Origin: Octopus vulgaris
Taxonomy: Eukaryota
NCBI GenBank assembly: GCA_951406725.2
Contig: OX597816.1
Location: 54,436,001-54,500,000 of the forward strand
Direction of reading: 5' to 3'
DNA length: 64,000 nt
Each line of letters starts with the position of its first letter. Within the stretch, counting starts at the first letter, position 1. Of this stretch, positions 1-11,281 are shown one piece after another. The translations under genes were made by a program, and so were the position numbers. The notes under the pieces are model-generated. The model ran no database searches and was not told the DNA's origin. It saw nothing but the letters and a program-made list of their open reading frames with translations.

Positions 1-176
1 ATACAGAATGACAGAATGTTCATTATTTACATTATTTAAATTCGACGGATATTTGTCCCCATCTTGTTTGTTGTAAACACAACGTATCGGCTGACGTACC
101 CTCCAGCCTTTTTCAGGTGGCTTGGGGAAATTTCGAACGTGGCTTCTCATTCCTAAGGTATTTTTCGATGTTATTA

Positions 177-210
<34 letters not shown>

Positions 211-404
211 GTTAAGATTATATAGGGCTGAGGTAACTCCTCCAGAGGTTATAGAGAAATAAATAGAGGAGTGCCATAGTTATCATATGAAATTGGTTGA
301 ACGATATTTCGGCATCTAGCGTGCCTTATGGATATCACATGATAACTATTTATTTCTCTATAACTTCTGGAGGAGTTACCTCAGTCCTATATAAACCTAA
401 AAAA

Positions 405-983
405 GGCAAGTAATAGTGAATCCCAACCCACCCCAGCACCACCCGCACCCTTTGTGGCCCACCCTTCCCTTGCAGACAGCAAACCTACCCACTTCCCACC
501 AACAAGAAAACAAAAAACAAACTCACAAATTAACTCAGAAAACTCCCGATCAGCAGAACATTGCGTTAGTATCATAAATGGTAAAAATTCATTTGAAATA
601 ATGAAAAAATGGGGAAAGGCGGGATTGGCAGATAACTGGGATGAGGATATGGAAGTGGCACTATCTAAATGCCAAATGGATGAACTTCAAGACGAACTTA
701 AGAACGATTAAATATTGATATATGGGAGATTAGACAGGAAAAAGAAAAAGGAACTTGTGAGACGTTACGGGGTAATATTGGAGGGTTTAATATGTAGAGT
801 TTAGTTCGATTAGGTAAGTGGGCAGGTAAGTAATGTTGACCGATGGGGCTGTTAACATCGCTTTCATGACTCATTTTCACCCCTTTTTCATCCTTATCAT
901 ACGCTTATGTTTTTGTGGTGTTTTGTGTCCCCAATGTATTGTAATGTCCCCTCTGTGTAAGAGCTTTATGGTTAATAAAAAAA
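405..983 (+). mobile_element. 5'-truncated retroposon: ORF1-like remnant plus Tx1/SINE-type 3' tail
   Basis: Pro/Thr-rich reading frame (454-711). Ends TGTAATGTCCCCTCTGTGTAAGAGCTTTATGGTTAATAAAAAAA, similar to the tails at 34790-34836 and of SINE family A. Confidence 0.5.
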
Positions 984-1263
984 TCAATTTCACATAACTA
1001 TAGCATTCTTTTATTTATTTCTCTATAACTTCTGGAGGAGTTACCTCAGTCCTATGTGATCTTAACAAAAAAAAAAAAAAAAAAGACTGACATGTAATTT
1101 TTGAACCTGTGGAAGGCAAGCTGGATTCCAAAATATCGTTCAACCAATTTCACATAAGTATGGCATTCATCTATTTATTGCTCTATAACTTCTGAAGGAG
1201 TTACCTCAGTCCTATGTGACCTTAACGAAGAAAAAAAAATGAAGTAGACTTATATGTAATTTT

Positions 1264-1462
1264 TATTTCTTTATTGCCCACAGGAGGCTAAACATAGAGG
1301 GGACAAACAAGGACAGACAAACGGATTAAGTCGATTACATCGACCCCAGTGCGTAACTGGTACTTATTTAATCGACCCCGAAAGGATAAAAGGCAAAGTC
1401 GACCTCGGCGGAATTTTAACTCATTTCGCCCGGCGTGCTAATGTTTCTGCCAGCTCGCCGCC
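1264..1462 (-). mobile_element. tRNA-derived SINE family A (internally deleted copy)
   Basis: Reverse complement of 7206-7436/19754-19983; flanked by duplicated ATGTAATTTT of the host repeat. Confidence 0.9.
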
Positions 1463-1812
1463 TTTTAACTGACATGTAATTTTTGAACCTGTGGAAGGTA
1501 CGCTAGATCCCAAAATATTGTTCAACCAATTTCACATAAGTATGGCATTCATCTATTTATTTCTCTATAAGTTCTGGAGGAGTTACCTCAGTCCTATGTG
1601 ATCTTGACAAAAAAAAAAACAAAAAAAAACTGACTCAATTTTTGAACCTGTGGAAGGTACGCTAAATGCGGATATATCGTTCAACCAATTTCACATGATA
1701 ACTATGACACTCTTCTATTTCTCTATTCATATTATTGAGGTCACTGCTTGGAATAGAACTCGGAATCTAGGGTTTAGTAACCCGCGCTCTGAATCTCTAC
1801 GCCTCGTGCTTA

Positions 1813-1880
1813 TGGCGTAGTGGTTAAGAGCGCGGGCTACTAAACCCAAGATTTCGAGTTCGATTCGAGGCATGGACTTG
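1813..1880 (+). other. tRNA-derived Pol III promoter head (SINE-type)
   Basis: A box TGGCGTAGTGG and B box GAGTTCGATTC; anticodon-like loop CTACTAA; no good acceptor stem; inverted copy at 1737-1803. Confidence 0.75.
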
Positions 1881-2783
1881 AATAAAAATAAATATATTAA
1901 CATCGAAAAATACCTTAGGAATGAGAACGCAGTTTCGAAATTTCCCCAAAACACCTGAGAAGGCTGATGGGGGGTGGGGTCTACCAGCCGAAACTTTGTG
2001 TTTACAAGAAACAAATGATGACAAATATCCGTCGAATGTAAATAATGTATATAATTCCTCATCTTAAATATAGAACTGACAGTATGTTGTTACACAAAGC
2101 AGCTTTCTACAACCAATATGGCGTTAAAGATCAAACGACTCTTTTTTTTTTCCATTTTCTTATTGTCGTTATCATCACCTTCATCATGAAACAGCGTAGC
2201 TTAGCAACATTTTTCATTTAATTATAGTTTGATGATAATTGTTGTATGAAACCCCTTCATGCAATTATAGACAACAGAGTTAGGAAATAACTGCAGAAAG
2301 CAAAGGATTTCTAATTGGCCTGTAATATTATGGCTTGAAATGTTAATAGTATTTGTCAGGACCTCCGCCATCTCCATCCCTCATCCTCCATAATTTTCAT
2401 CTTGGCATACAATCACTACATACTTACTAGATTCACTTTTAAAGTGATATGTTTTTTTTTTTTTATATATTAATGTTGGATGCGAGTCTTTAAATTAAAT
2501 TAATTACTGAAGAAAATAACTCCAACTAGATTTCACACAGTTTACAACTCTACAGAAATTGGAAGAAATTCACTTTTTAGAAGTATTGAAGAGAAAACGA
2601 GAAGACGTCTATAGGCGACAATAGGATAATGGATGAAAGTTTAAGAGTGCGTGAATATTACTAGAACATGTAAACAAGAACCTCAGCCGACATAGAAGCA
2701 GAGATTAAAGACTACAGTGGGCGCAATACACACACACACACATAGAAATATTTATGTGTGTATATGTCTGCATATGTCTCTCA

Positions 2784-2784
2784 C

Positions 2785-2841
<57 letters not shown>

Positions 2842-2846
2842 TAATA

Positions 2847-2877
<31 letters not shown>

Positions 2878-2882
2878 TGATG

Positions 2883-2922
<40 letters not shown>
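2784..2922 (+). repeat. (TAA)n microsatellite, first of several in 2784-5305
   Basis: Direct inspection; further arrays near 3478, 4314, 4951 and 5235. Confidence 0.95.
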
Positions 2923-2923
<1 letters not shown>

Positions 2924-3478
2924 TGGAAGCTATGCCAACATTATGGAATAACAACAGAAAAAAGATGGTATAGGCACACACCAGAAAAGGTCATAGAAAA
3001 CGAGAAAGCAACCATACTCTGGGATATGTCGATACACACAGATAGAGAAATTAAGGCCAACAGACCAGATATAGTTGTCAGAGATCATGAAGAAAAAAAA
3101 TGCTTTCTAATTGATGTATCAATACCGGCTGATGACAACGTGTCTCTAAAAGAAATGGAGAAACTCTCAAAATACAAAGACCTGGAAATAGAGGTAACTA
3201 GAATGTGGAATCTGAAAACAGAAACAATTCCTATCATAGTAGGTGCATTAGGCATGATAAAAAATATTCAGACAAATACATAACAAAAACACCAGGACTT
3301 ACAAACACATATAACATACAGAAAATTGCACTACTAGGCACTGCACACATCCTACGCAGAACACTTTCCATACAATAACCATCAGAGCATCACAACAAAT
3401 CACAGCACATACCCAAGGCACACAGAGCTGTGCTCGGTAGTGAAGTGAAAGCACGCTATAAAAATAAAACTACTGAAT
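2923..3478 (+). mobile_element. 3' fragment of R4/Dong-like non-LTR retrotransposon (restriction-like endonuclease domain)
   Basis: RPDIVV..IDVSIP..EKLSKYKDL..IPIIVGALG (PD..D RLE motif); frameshift near 3265; embedded in (TAA)n, the known Dong target. Confidence 0.85.
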
Positions 3479-3556
3479 AATAATAATAATAATAATGATG
3501 ATGATGATAATAATAATAATAATGATAAAAATAATAATAATAATATTAATAATGAT

Positions 3557-3624
<68 letters not shown>

Positions 3625-4022
3625 TCCAAAAATTCAATAGTTCAGCGATGTAAACATTAGTATACATATATTATTTTCTTGTCACGAATTAAAAACAGAA
3701 CAAGGTGAACTGGTTCTTCCCAAAGATCTCATCGCTAGTAATAGTAAACACATTTAACCTCTACTGACCGCAAGGGTGTGACCCTTCTTTTGTCCCCTGA
3801 TCGCACAGTAATGCGAATCTCCATTATTGCTCTCGTTATCATCATCTGCTGAACCTAGTTACACACCTGTGGAATTTGGTCTATTCCCCAAGCCGTTTCA
3901 CTTTCTCCTACTATCTCCTCCAACCCTCGCATGTCTATGATTATCTCAAGTACAAGCCAAAAGTCGAAACTAAACATTTAATAATGCCACACAGTAGTAG
4001 GAGCAAAGATGGCGTCTGAAAA

Positions 4023-4313
4023 CGGTTACAATACCAGTGATTGTAGGAGCACTTGGAATGATCCAAAAAAGGATCTGAAAATTATTTAAGAATGATCCTT
4101 GGATTACCATCCATTGAGGAAGTGAAAAAGATTATCTTAACTTCTACGTCACTCGTATTGAGAAGAGCATTGTCACTGTGAATTTTCTTTCATTTTTGCC
4201 CATGTTTTCTTTGTTTACTTTTATATTTTATTTTTTCCTTTTTCTCTCTAAATGTCAGAAAGGCACTCGGCAAGAAAAGGAAACAGTATTGAAAGAAAAT
4301 GATATTGAAAGTG
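4023..4313 (+). mobile_element. Degenerate 3' end of a second R4/Dong-like family
   Basis: VTIPVIVGALGMI-like coding end, then a 3' UTR ending at (TAA)n; homologous to 36880-37030. Confidence 0.7.
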
Positions 4314-4395
<82 letters not shown>

Positions 4396-4397
<2 letters not shown>

Positions 4398-4950
4398 CCC
4401 TGATGCAGTACCAGGCAGTGGCTCTCATGGCTTCTGATCTTAACTGATTGGAAGTGTTATCATGTACATTGTTTTGTCTTGGTATAAAAGATGGGCTACA
4501 GCAAATATTCTGCTCAATACCACAGATTTGCTTGTCAGTTGTTTGACCTTAACCAGTTGAGCATGTCCCTTAATGGCTGACGATATGTGCATCTCTGATC
4601 ACGAGCAGAAGTAGTGGGGGTGCATCATAGCAATGTGTTGAGAAGGATTCTTTGGGGTTTGAATAATTCACCTCTGGAAACATGGGTATTTCGTTCAACG
4701 TCCTTAAACAACCCTTATTCAGGGACCTTTTGAGCGGGATGGGTTACTCGATCTGAAGAAAATTCTAACTGGGCTCCACCTGCAAGGTCATGTGCTGTTT
4801 ATCTTGATATGAGATCACCATGTCGCGCACATATGGTTGTGATGTATGTGCCTGGTGTGCCCTTATAAGACGGGTAGTCATGATGGGTATACTGGGCTTC
4901 GTATATTTTACCCCAGTGTCACTTTGATGGCATGCTCTGCTCGCTCACTC
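4396..4950 (+). mobile_element. (TAA)n-embedded interspersed repeat (non-autonomous element or LINE 3' UTR)
   Basis: Flanked by TAA arrays; its 3' part recurs at 36030-36208 with the same 3' end CTCACTC-AATAATAA. Confidence 0.7.
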
Positions 4951-4984
<34 letters not shown>

Positions 4985-5233
4985 GTAATAGTAATAATAA
5001 TAATAATAATGATAATAATAATAATAGTAATAATAATAATAATGATAATAATAATAATAATTTGAAAACAACATCCATCCATGAATTTATTTATTTATTA
5101 ATTTTTAAATACATATTTTATCTGTGAATTTGCGTGTGTAATCTAGGAATGCATACAATGAGCTTGTCTGCCCTAGGTGTATGGAAAACACTCGGCGCGA
5201 AACGGAAAAAAATTTTAAGAAAGAAGGAAAAAC

Positions 5234-5304
<71 letters not shown>

Positions 5305-5728
5305 CATTAAAGGAACCCATAACAAAACCAAGCAAAAGAACGACGGACGGATAATTCTAAATCAAGAATATTCATATTGTAAGTACCCCAGAAAAAAAAA
5401 ACGAACAAAACCCTCAACATGTGCAATAGAAGGCTGATGCCCAACAGAACACAACCTGCGCTACGCAAACAACACACGATATAAAAACTAATACAATAGA
5501 AGACTCAAACAAAACCTCATAACAAAACATACTGATACAAGACCCCCACCTCCAAAAAAGGCAGCACACACCACCCCACCAGCAAAAATGTGCAACAAAT
5601 GATGCAAGAGAAGGTTGCTTGAAATTTTCAGATCTCGAAAAGCAAGTGGTAATGACAATGGTCACGCATATTACCTTACCTCAGTTTATGAGAAATTCTG
5701 GTTGTAACAGCGAAAATGAAACTGGACC

Positions 5729-5942
5729 TTACCCGGCTGAAACCGGCTCTGGCTCTGTTGTACAAATGTCTTGTTTTCTTAAGGTTTCAGTTAAAATCTT
5801 CCGCCAAACCTTATTCACAATTTATGTTCCTAATACAAGCTGAATGATAACTAAGTCATTTTACTAAATTCTTTTTTTGTATTTAAATTAATTGAAAGAA
5901 ACACAGAAGATCTCAAAATAAATACAGTAACGAAAGGGTTAA
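5729..5942. mobile_element. piggyBac-like non-autonomous element, right end only
   Basis: Ends ACGAAAGGG-TTAA (CCCTTT terminus plus TTAA site); left TIR not found. Confidence 0.5.
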
Positions 5943-5977
5943 GGGAAGGCTTCTCACTCAGCAGTGGCTCAATATAG

Positions 5978-6250
5978 ATGCAGACTGACCACAGCTGTCA
6001 TCCTAATACAGTATCAACTGATAACAGAGCAAAGAGGAGGAAGTGGACCATCGAAGAAAACGGGATGATGATACAGTGCTACTTAGAAAGTGGACCTAAA
6101 AGAAGGGGCTGTAGAAAACCAATGTTAACCCTTTGGGTTGAGAAGGGTATGTGTAAAGTGACTGAGCAGAGATTAGTTGATCTAGCTAATTCTATTAGAA
6201 GAAAGTGGATGACAGAATTGGGGGTAGAAGAGATCATAAGAGAACTGTAA
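5978..6250 (+). pseudogene. N-terminal region of an R4/Dong-like ORF (degenerate)
   Basis: KRRKWT.EEN..CY..S.PKRRG.RK.M..LW..G...VTEQRL.D motif, typical of R4-clade N-termini. Confidence 0.65.
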
Positions 6251-6283
6251 AACACCAGTCAGTAGGAAAGACAAACAATAACG

Positions 6284-6680
6284 TATTTCTTTACTACCCA
6301 CAAGGGGTTAAACACAGAGAGGACAAACAAGGACAGACAAACGGATTAAGTCGATTATATCGACCCCAGTGCGTAACTGGTACTTATTTAATCGACCCCG
6401 AGAGTATGAAAGGCAAAGTTGACCTCGGCGGAATTTGAACTCAGAACGTAGCGGCAGACGAAATACCTATTTCTTTATTACCCACAAGGGGCTAAACATA
6501 GAGGGGACAAACAAGGGCAGACAAACGGATTAAGTCGATTATATCGACCCCAGTGCGTAACTGGTACTTATTTAATCGACCCCGAGAGGATGAAAGGCAA
6601 AGTTGACCTCGGCGGAATTTGAACTCGGAACGTAGCGGCAGACGAAATACGGCTAAGTATTTCGCCCGGCTTGCTAACGA
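6284..6680 (-). mobile_element. Tandem dimer of SINE family A
   Basis: Two near-identical units, 6284-6468 and 6468-6680. Confidence 0.9.
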
Positions 6681-7205
6681 ACTGAGCGAATGGTGTCAGT
6701 TTGCAGTGGTTGTAGAAGAAATGAGATGTTGTGACGTGTAACTAGGTCTGTTGTATCTTACGCGCTGGCTGCCATTGAACTAGGAAAGCAGAAAAGTGAT
6801 TGGTGAACTGTGAATGAAAAGAGTTTGCTTCGCCCTAGATTTGAGAGGAAAATCGAAGATGAGAGAAAGAAGAAAACATCAGTAAAAATGAAATCGCAGC
6901 TACATGGAATAGCTTATTGTGGTATGTAGTTTGTTGGCTGCAGGGAAGACGATGGGCAAGTGTGATCTTAAATATATGCTGGACATACACTGATGGCATC
7001 GATACGAATTGGAATTGTTGCAGAAACCGATGCTGCTAATAAGAGGCAGAATGCCTTGGTCTCCGGTCATTGTAAGGAGTATCCTGCACATTGTATGTAA
7101 CATAATAACACACACACACACACACACAGACTTACAGCCATATTCACATGCAAACATACATACACACACACACATGCACAAACAAACATATACACACACA
7201 ACAAA

Positions 7206-7436
7206 GGCGGCGAGCTGGCAGAAACGTTAGCACGCCGGGTGAAATGCGTAGCCGTATTTCGTCTGCCGTTACGTTCTGAGTTCAAATTCCGTCGAGGTCG
7301 ACTTTGCCTTTCATCCTTTCGGGGTCGATAAATTAAGTACCAGTTACGCGCTGGGATCGATGTAATCGACTTAATCCGTTTGTCTGTCCTTGTTTGTCTC
7401 CTATGTGTTTAGCCCTTTGTGGGTAGTAAAGAAATA
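7206..7436 (+). mobile_element. SINE family A, full length (tRNA head, Deu/Nin-like core, LINE-like tail)
   Basis: GGCGGCGAGCTGGCAGAA..GAGTTCAAATTCC head; core GCCTTTCATCCTTTCGGGGTCGATAAATTAAGTACCAG; tail ending AAAGAAATA. Confidence 0.9.
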
Positions 7437-7654
7437 TATATACACACATGTATGAGCCGAGACTTGATCTATGATGTGTGCCGGGATTGAAGCATTTCGG
7501 TCGCATAATATCAGTTTAGCGATTTAAGAATAAAACTTTTTCCGATGTTTTCTTAATAATACTGTCTATTAAGAAGTGTTCAAATGCTTTGTAGCATCTC
7601 TCTACCGCTTCCTATCTCTCTCTCTCTCTCTCTTTCTCTGCCTCTGCTCTCCGT

Positions 7655-7725
<71 letters not shown>

Positions 7726-8306
7726 AAAACACACACACACACTCATATAACAGACCTATGTATATATTTCTGAATTTATAAAATCCCACGCGACCATGAA
7801 CTTCTACGTCTCAGTCAGCTGTTATAACAAATACAAACACACGCATCATCCCGCCGCCGCCACCACTAGAATAACATCCCCACCACTGCCGCCACACATC
7901 ATTCAAACAAGGCAACACCCTAAGACACGTGCCCCTCTCTCCCAACCCCCACCCTGGGCCCCCGTCCTTTCTAATTCCTTCTATTTTAGATTTAATCTTT
8001 TTTTTTTTCTTTCAACTTCCGACTGTTGCACCCTCGTATTTTTATCATCTGCACGCCCCATTGTACCCTCCACCCTGGATGCCTGCTACGTCAGTCCCCT
8101 ATCTAGACCCCACCCATGTCTAACCCAAACTGACATTTAACGATGCCAGTTGAAGAGGAAGGAGTGAATTTTCGCCTCAATACCTTTGGCAGCGCCTGGA
8201 ATTCACACATGCTTAGGTATTAGCACGCGCGTGTGCATGTGTATATATGTATGTGTAGGCTTTATGTGTACGTGACTAAATACGCGTATGTATGTTGTGT
8301 GTGTGT

Positions 8307-8350
<44 letters not shown>

Positions 8351-8591
8351 TATAGGTAACCCCATAAACCGGCCTACACCAGGAAAAAATATATGATATA
8401 CAAATGTAAGATTCAGGGATGGAGGTGTAGAAAGAAAGTTAGCTTCAAGCAATCCGTAGTAAATATATATATAAAAAAAAAATTCAGGGACAATAGTAGT
8501 TTGTTGAGAGGGAAGGTTGTCGATTTTAGCTACTCCATACCATAACTCTTTGTAGATAAATATCATATCATACCATATTATATATAACTTA

Positions 8592-8985
8592 GATGGCTTT
8601 GGTTGATTTCGGTCATTATCGGCCCAGACCTTGATTAACTCAATATCATCACCTGGAAAAGTCTTTTAATTAATTATTTCGAGACACCATGGACCACACA
8701 ATTAGAGAGTTGTTGTTGGATGAGACGTATCCCGGTGTTGGTGGTTTATCCGGTATTTCCTGCAGGAATTTGTCCAACTACCGTTTGAAGATTGTGGGGG
8801 TCCATTTCTACTTTAATTTACTTCGTGATAACACTGAAAATGCATTGAAGAAATTGTGTCGCAATATTCTTATGTGATGTGATCTCGACTTTTGTAGGGG
8901 ACGCATTGTACGGAGGTCTAGTCTTCAGTGATTTGTAAACATAATACCTATATCATTTGGATATATTTTCCACATAGTATAAATA
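8592..8985 (-). mobile_element. CR1-clade LINE 3' fragment
   Basis: Homologous to 9840-10385; FK..LDKFLQ.IPDKP..PGY C-terminus and terminal hairpin. Confidence 0.7.
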
Positions 8986-9839
8986 ATATATTGTTCACGG
9001 CGGCTTTGCAGAGAATAGTTTCAGCTGTTTATTACTGGGCTCGACTTAAAGTCTCGTCACGTCATTTATTATTTTTTTTAGTGTTATTCAGAGGATTATA
9101 AAGGAATATTATAACAAAAGGATAGCAATTCATGAATACTTTTGAGTATATACCAAACTTTTACCACAATAGATGGAGGAAAAGGAATTATCTAGAAATA
9201 GTTTAATATTTATACATATTGTACACTTAAATACTAACTTATCAGATGGTATCTATGAATATTGATTAATTGGTATATACTGGTGTTAATAAAGGAGTAT
9301 TGAGGTAATAGAACATAATAATTAGATATTAATAAAATTATAATCTAAGCAGCTTTTATAAGTCGTGAGTATACCAGTATAGTTTTATATAAGCTAAGTA
9401 TGAATTTATAGAGGTACAAAAATAGATTATTATTATATAATTAGCCTTAATTTTATTTCCTTAATTTTATAATTAAATAATCAAGTATGGCAGAACACCA
9501 TAGAAAAGGAATACTTTGTCATAGTTTTAGTAATTCAGCTATGTAGCTTAGTAACACCAATAGGGAACATTTATAGAAAATGTAAAATATTTAAAATATA
9601 TTAGACTAAAAATTATGTATTTTTACTTATTTAGCTAACATCAATAAAAGACTGATATCTGGTATCAGCTAAAGGAATATTTTAGTTATGGAGCATTCAT
9701 ATTTTACACTAATTTTTAAAAACTTAGGGTTATATGATAGGTTTAAGAAGTTAGTATTGTTACTCTCTTCTAAACAAGTACTACTAAGAAACTATAAATA
9801 TCATGTAGGGAGTAACTGAACCCGGAATCATGTGATTGG

Positions 9840-10385
9840 TTATACTTTGATAGGTTTCGGCCAGTATTGGCCCAGGTCATGTTTAACTTAATAGCACCAC
9901 CAGGCAAAGTCATTCAAATCAGGAATCGAAGAACATGGCCTACTCGAGGAGAGAGTTATTGTTTACTGAGACATATCCGGGTGTAGGAGGTTTATCCGGG
10001 ATTTATTGAAGGAATTTGTCCAAAGACTTCTTGAACTTAATGGGGTCTGTTTCTGCTTTGATGTGTTTCGGTGTAATGTTAAAAAGAGAAAGATCAATTG
10101 AAGTGAAATAATTGTGCCGTATTGTTGTTATGTGATGCGAGTACAATTTATGTTGTGGGCGGATAGCAAGGGGTCCAAGGCTTGGGTATATCTTAAAGGC
10201 GATGCCAACATCATTTGGGAAATGCTGATGGAATATTTTCCACATCATGCGGATGATGTAGCACTCACTGCGGCGTTGGAGGAATAAAGCTAGAGCTTTT
10301 CCAGTTGACCCCAATAGTCAAGGCCTGTCATGCCATCTATCCTTTTTGTAATTGACCTTTGAAGTGCTTCAGTTTTCATTATACT
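9840..10385 (-). mobile_element. CR1-clade LINE 3' fragment
   Basis: LQRRSECYII..WKI..LFNITPKHIK..FKKSLDKFLQ; 3' hairpin GGCCAATACTGGCC followed by ATCAAAGTAT. Confidence 0.8.
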
Positions 10386-10478
10386 TTGTTTCGCGTGGGG
10401 AGACAACAGTAGACAACAATATTGAAGGTGGGGTCGGGCAAAGGTAGACAAGATATATATACATATACATATATATAC

Positions 10479-10529
<51 letters not shown>

Positions 10530-10611
10530 TCCCGGGTTGATTCGGGGTTAACCACAGTAAATAAGGTACTCAATACATAGCAGAGTAAAATTAATTTATT
10601 ATATAGAAGGA

Positions 10612-10660
10612 GCTTCTACAGGACTAGAACTGTTTCATTCAAGAGAAATCTTCAGGAAGC
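10612..10660 (-). ncRNA. Type I hammerhead ribozyme motif within a ~130-bp (TA)n-flanked element (10528-10660)
   Basis: Minus strand: gcttc CTGAAGA T ttc tctt gaa T GAAA cag ttctagtc ctg TA gaagc. Stems I and III perfect, GUA cleavage triplet. Confidence 0.8.
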
Positions 10661-10675
10661 ATATATATTATATAT

Positions 10676-10742
10676 TTTTGCCAGGTGGTGCGATTAAGAC
10701 GTGGCTTGGGCCAATACTGGCCAAAACTTATCAAAGTATAAA
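10676..10742 (+). mobile_element. Isolated CR1 3' tail
   Basis: Reverse-complement match to 9840-9908. Confidence 0.7.
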
Positions 10743-11140
10743 GTATCTTTCTATCTATCTATCTATCTTTCTACCTATCTGTGTGTGAGTTGTATATATA
10801 GTTTAGATAGACAAATAGAAGGATAGCCGGATGGATAGACAGAAGTATTAGACAGACGTAAGTCTTATAATTTATCAAAGTGGGATGTCTTTACACACAT
10901 GCATACATCTAGTTACCCGCGCGCGCACACACACGCACGTACACTAACGCAAACCCCTACACACAGACGGACTCGCACACATATATTTGCACACAGATAC
11001 ACGCTCGCACATTCACGAAGCCAAAAATATACAATCACCAAATGTGATTTCAAAATTACCAGAAAAGGAATGGGTTGTCAGAATGTCTTGTAGGGTTGGA
11101 ATATAAGCTGTATACATACATACATACATACATACACACA

Positions 11141-11281
<141 letters not shown>

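Larger units (their letters stand above)
211..1727 (+). repeat. ~160-bp tandem repeat with hammerhead-like motif and oligo-A end (retrozyme/Penelope-like), preceded by one inverted unit
   Basis: Units start near 1085, 1248/1467 and 1628; partial units at 335-404 and 985-1084; inverted unit 211-330. Motif TTGAAC-CTGTGGA-AGG..CC-(G)AAATATC-GTTCAA. Confidence 0.8.
20..2078. mobile_element. Palindromic (head-to-head) tRNA-headed retroposon pair with degenerate hammerhead tails, split by a nested insertion at 211-1727
   Basis: 20-210 plus 1728-1803 is the reverse complement of 1813-~2050. Both arms read tRNA-like head, AT-rich linker, then CTGA..AGGCTG..CAGCC-GA(A/T)AC. Confidence 0.8.

Noticed and set aside
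985-1727. CRISPR array, or snRNA copies (Sm-like AATTTTTGA plus hairpin)
   Set aside because: Whole units repeat with no unique spacers, there are no cas genes and the context is eukaryotic. The Sm-like string overlaps hammerhead stem I and no snRNA body is recognisable.
1813-1880. Functional tRNA gene with ACT anticodon
   Set aside because: No proper acceptor stem, continues into a repeat body and has a diverged inverted twin; treated as a SINE head.
9000-9790. Very AT-rich block, possibly a decayed GIY-YIG/Penelope ORF
   Set aside because: Only faint fragmentary motifs; needs a translated HMM search.
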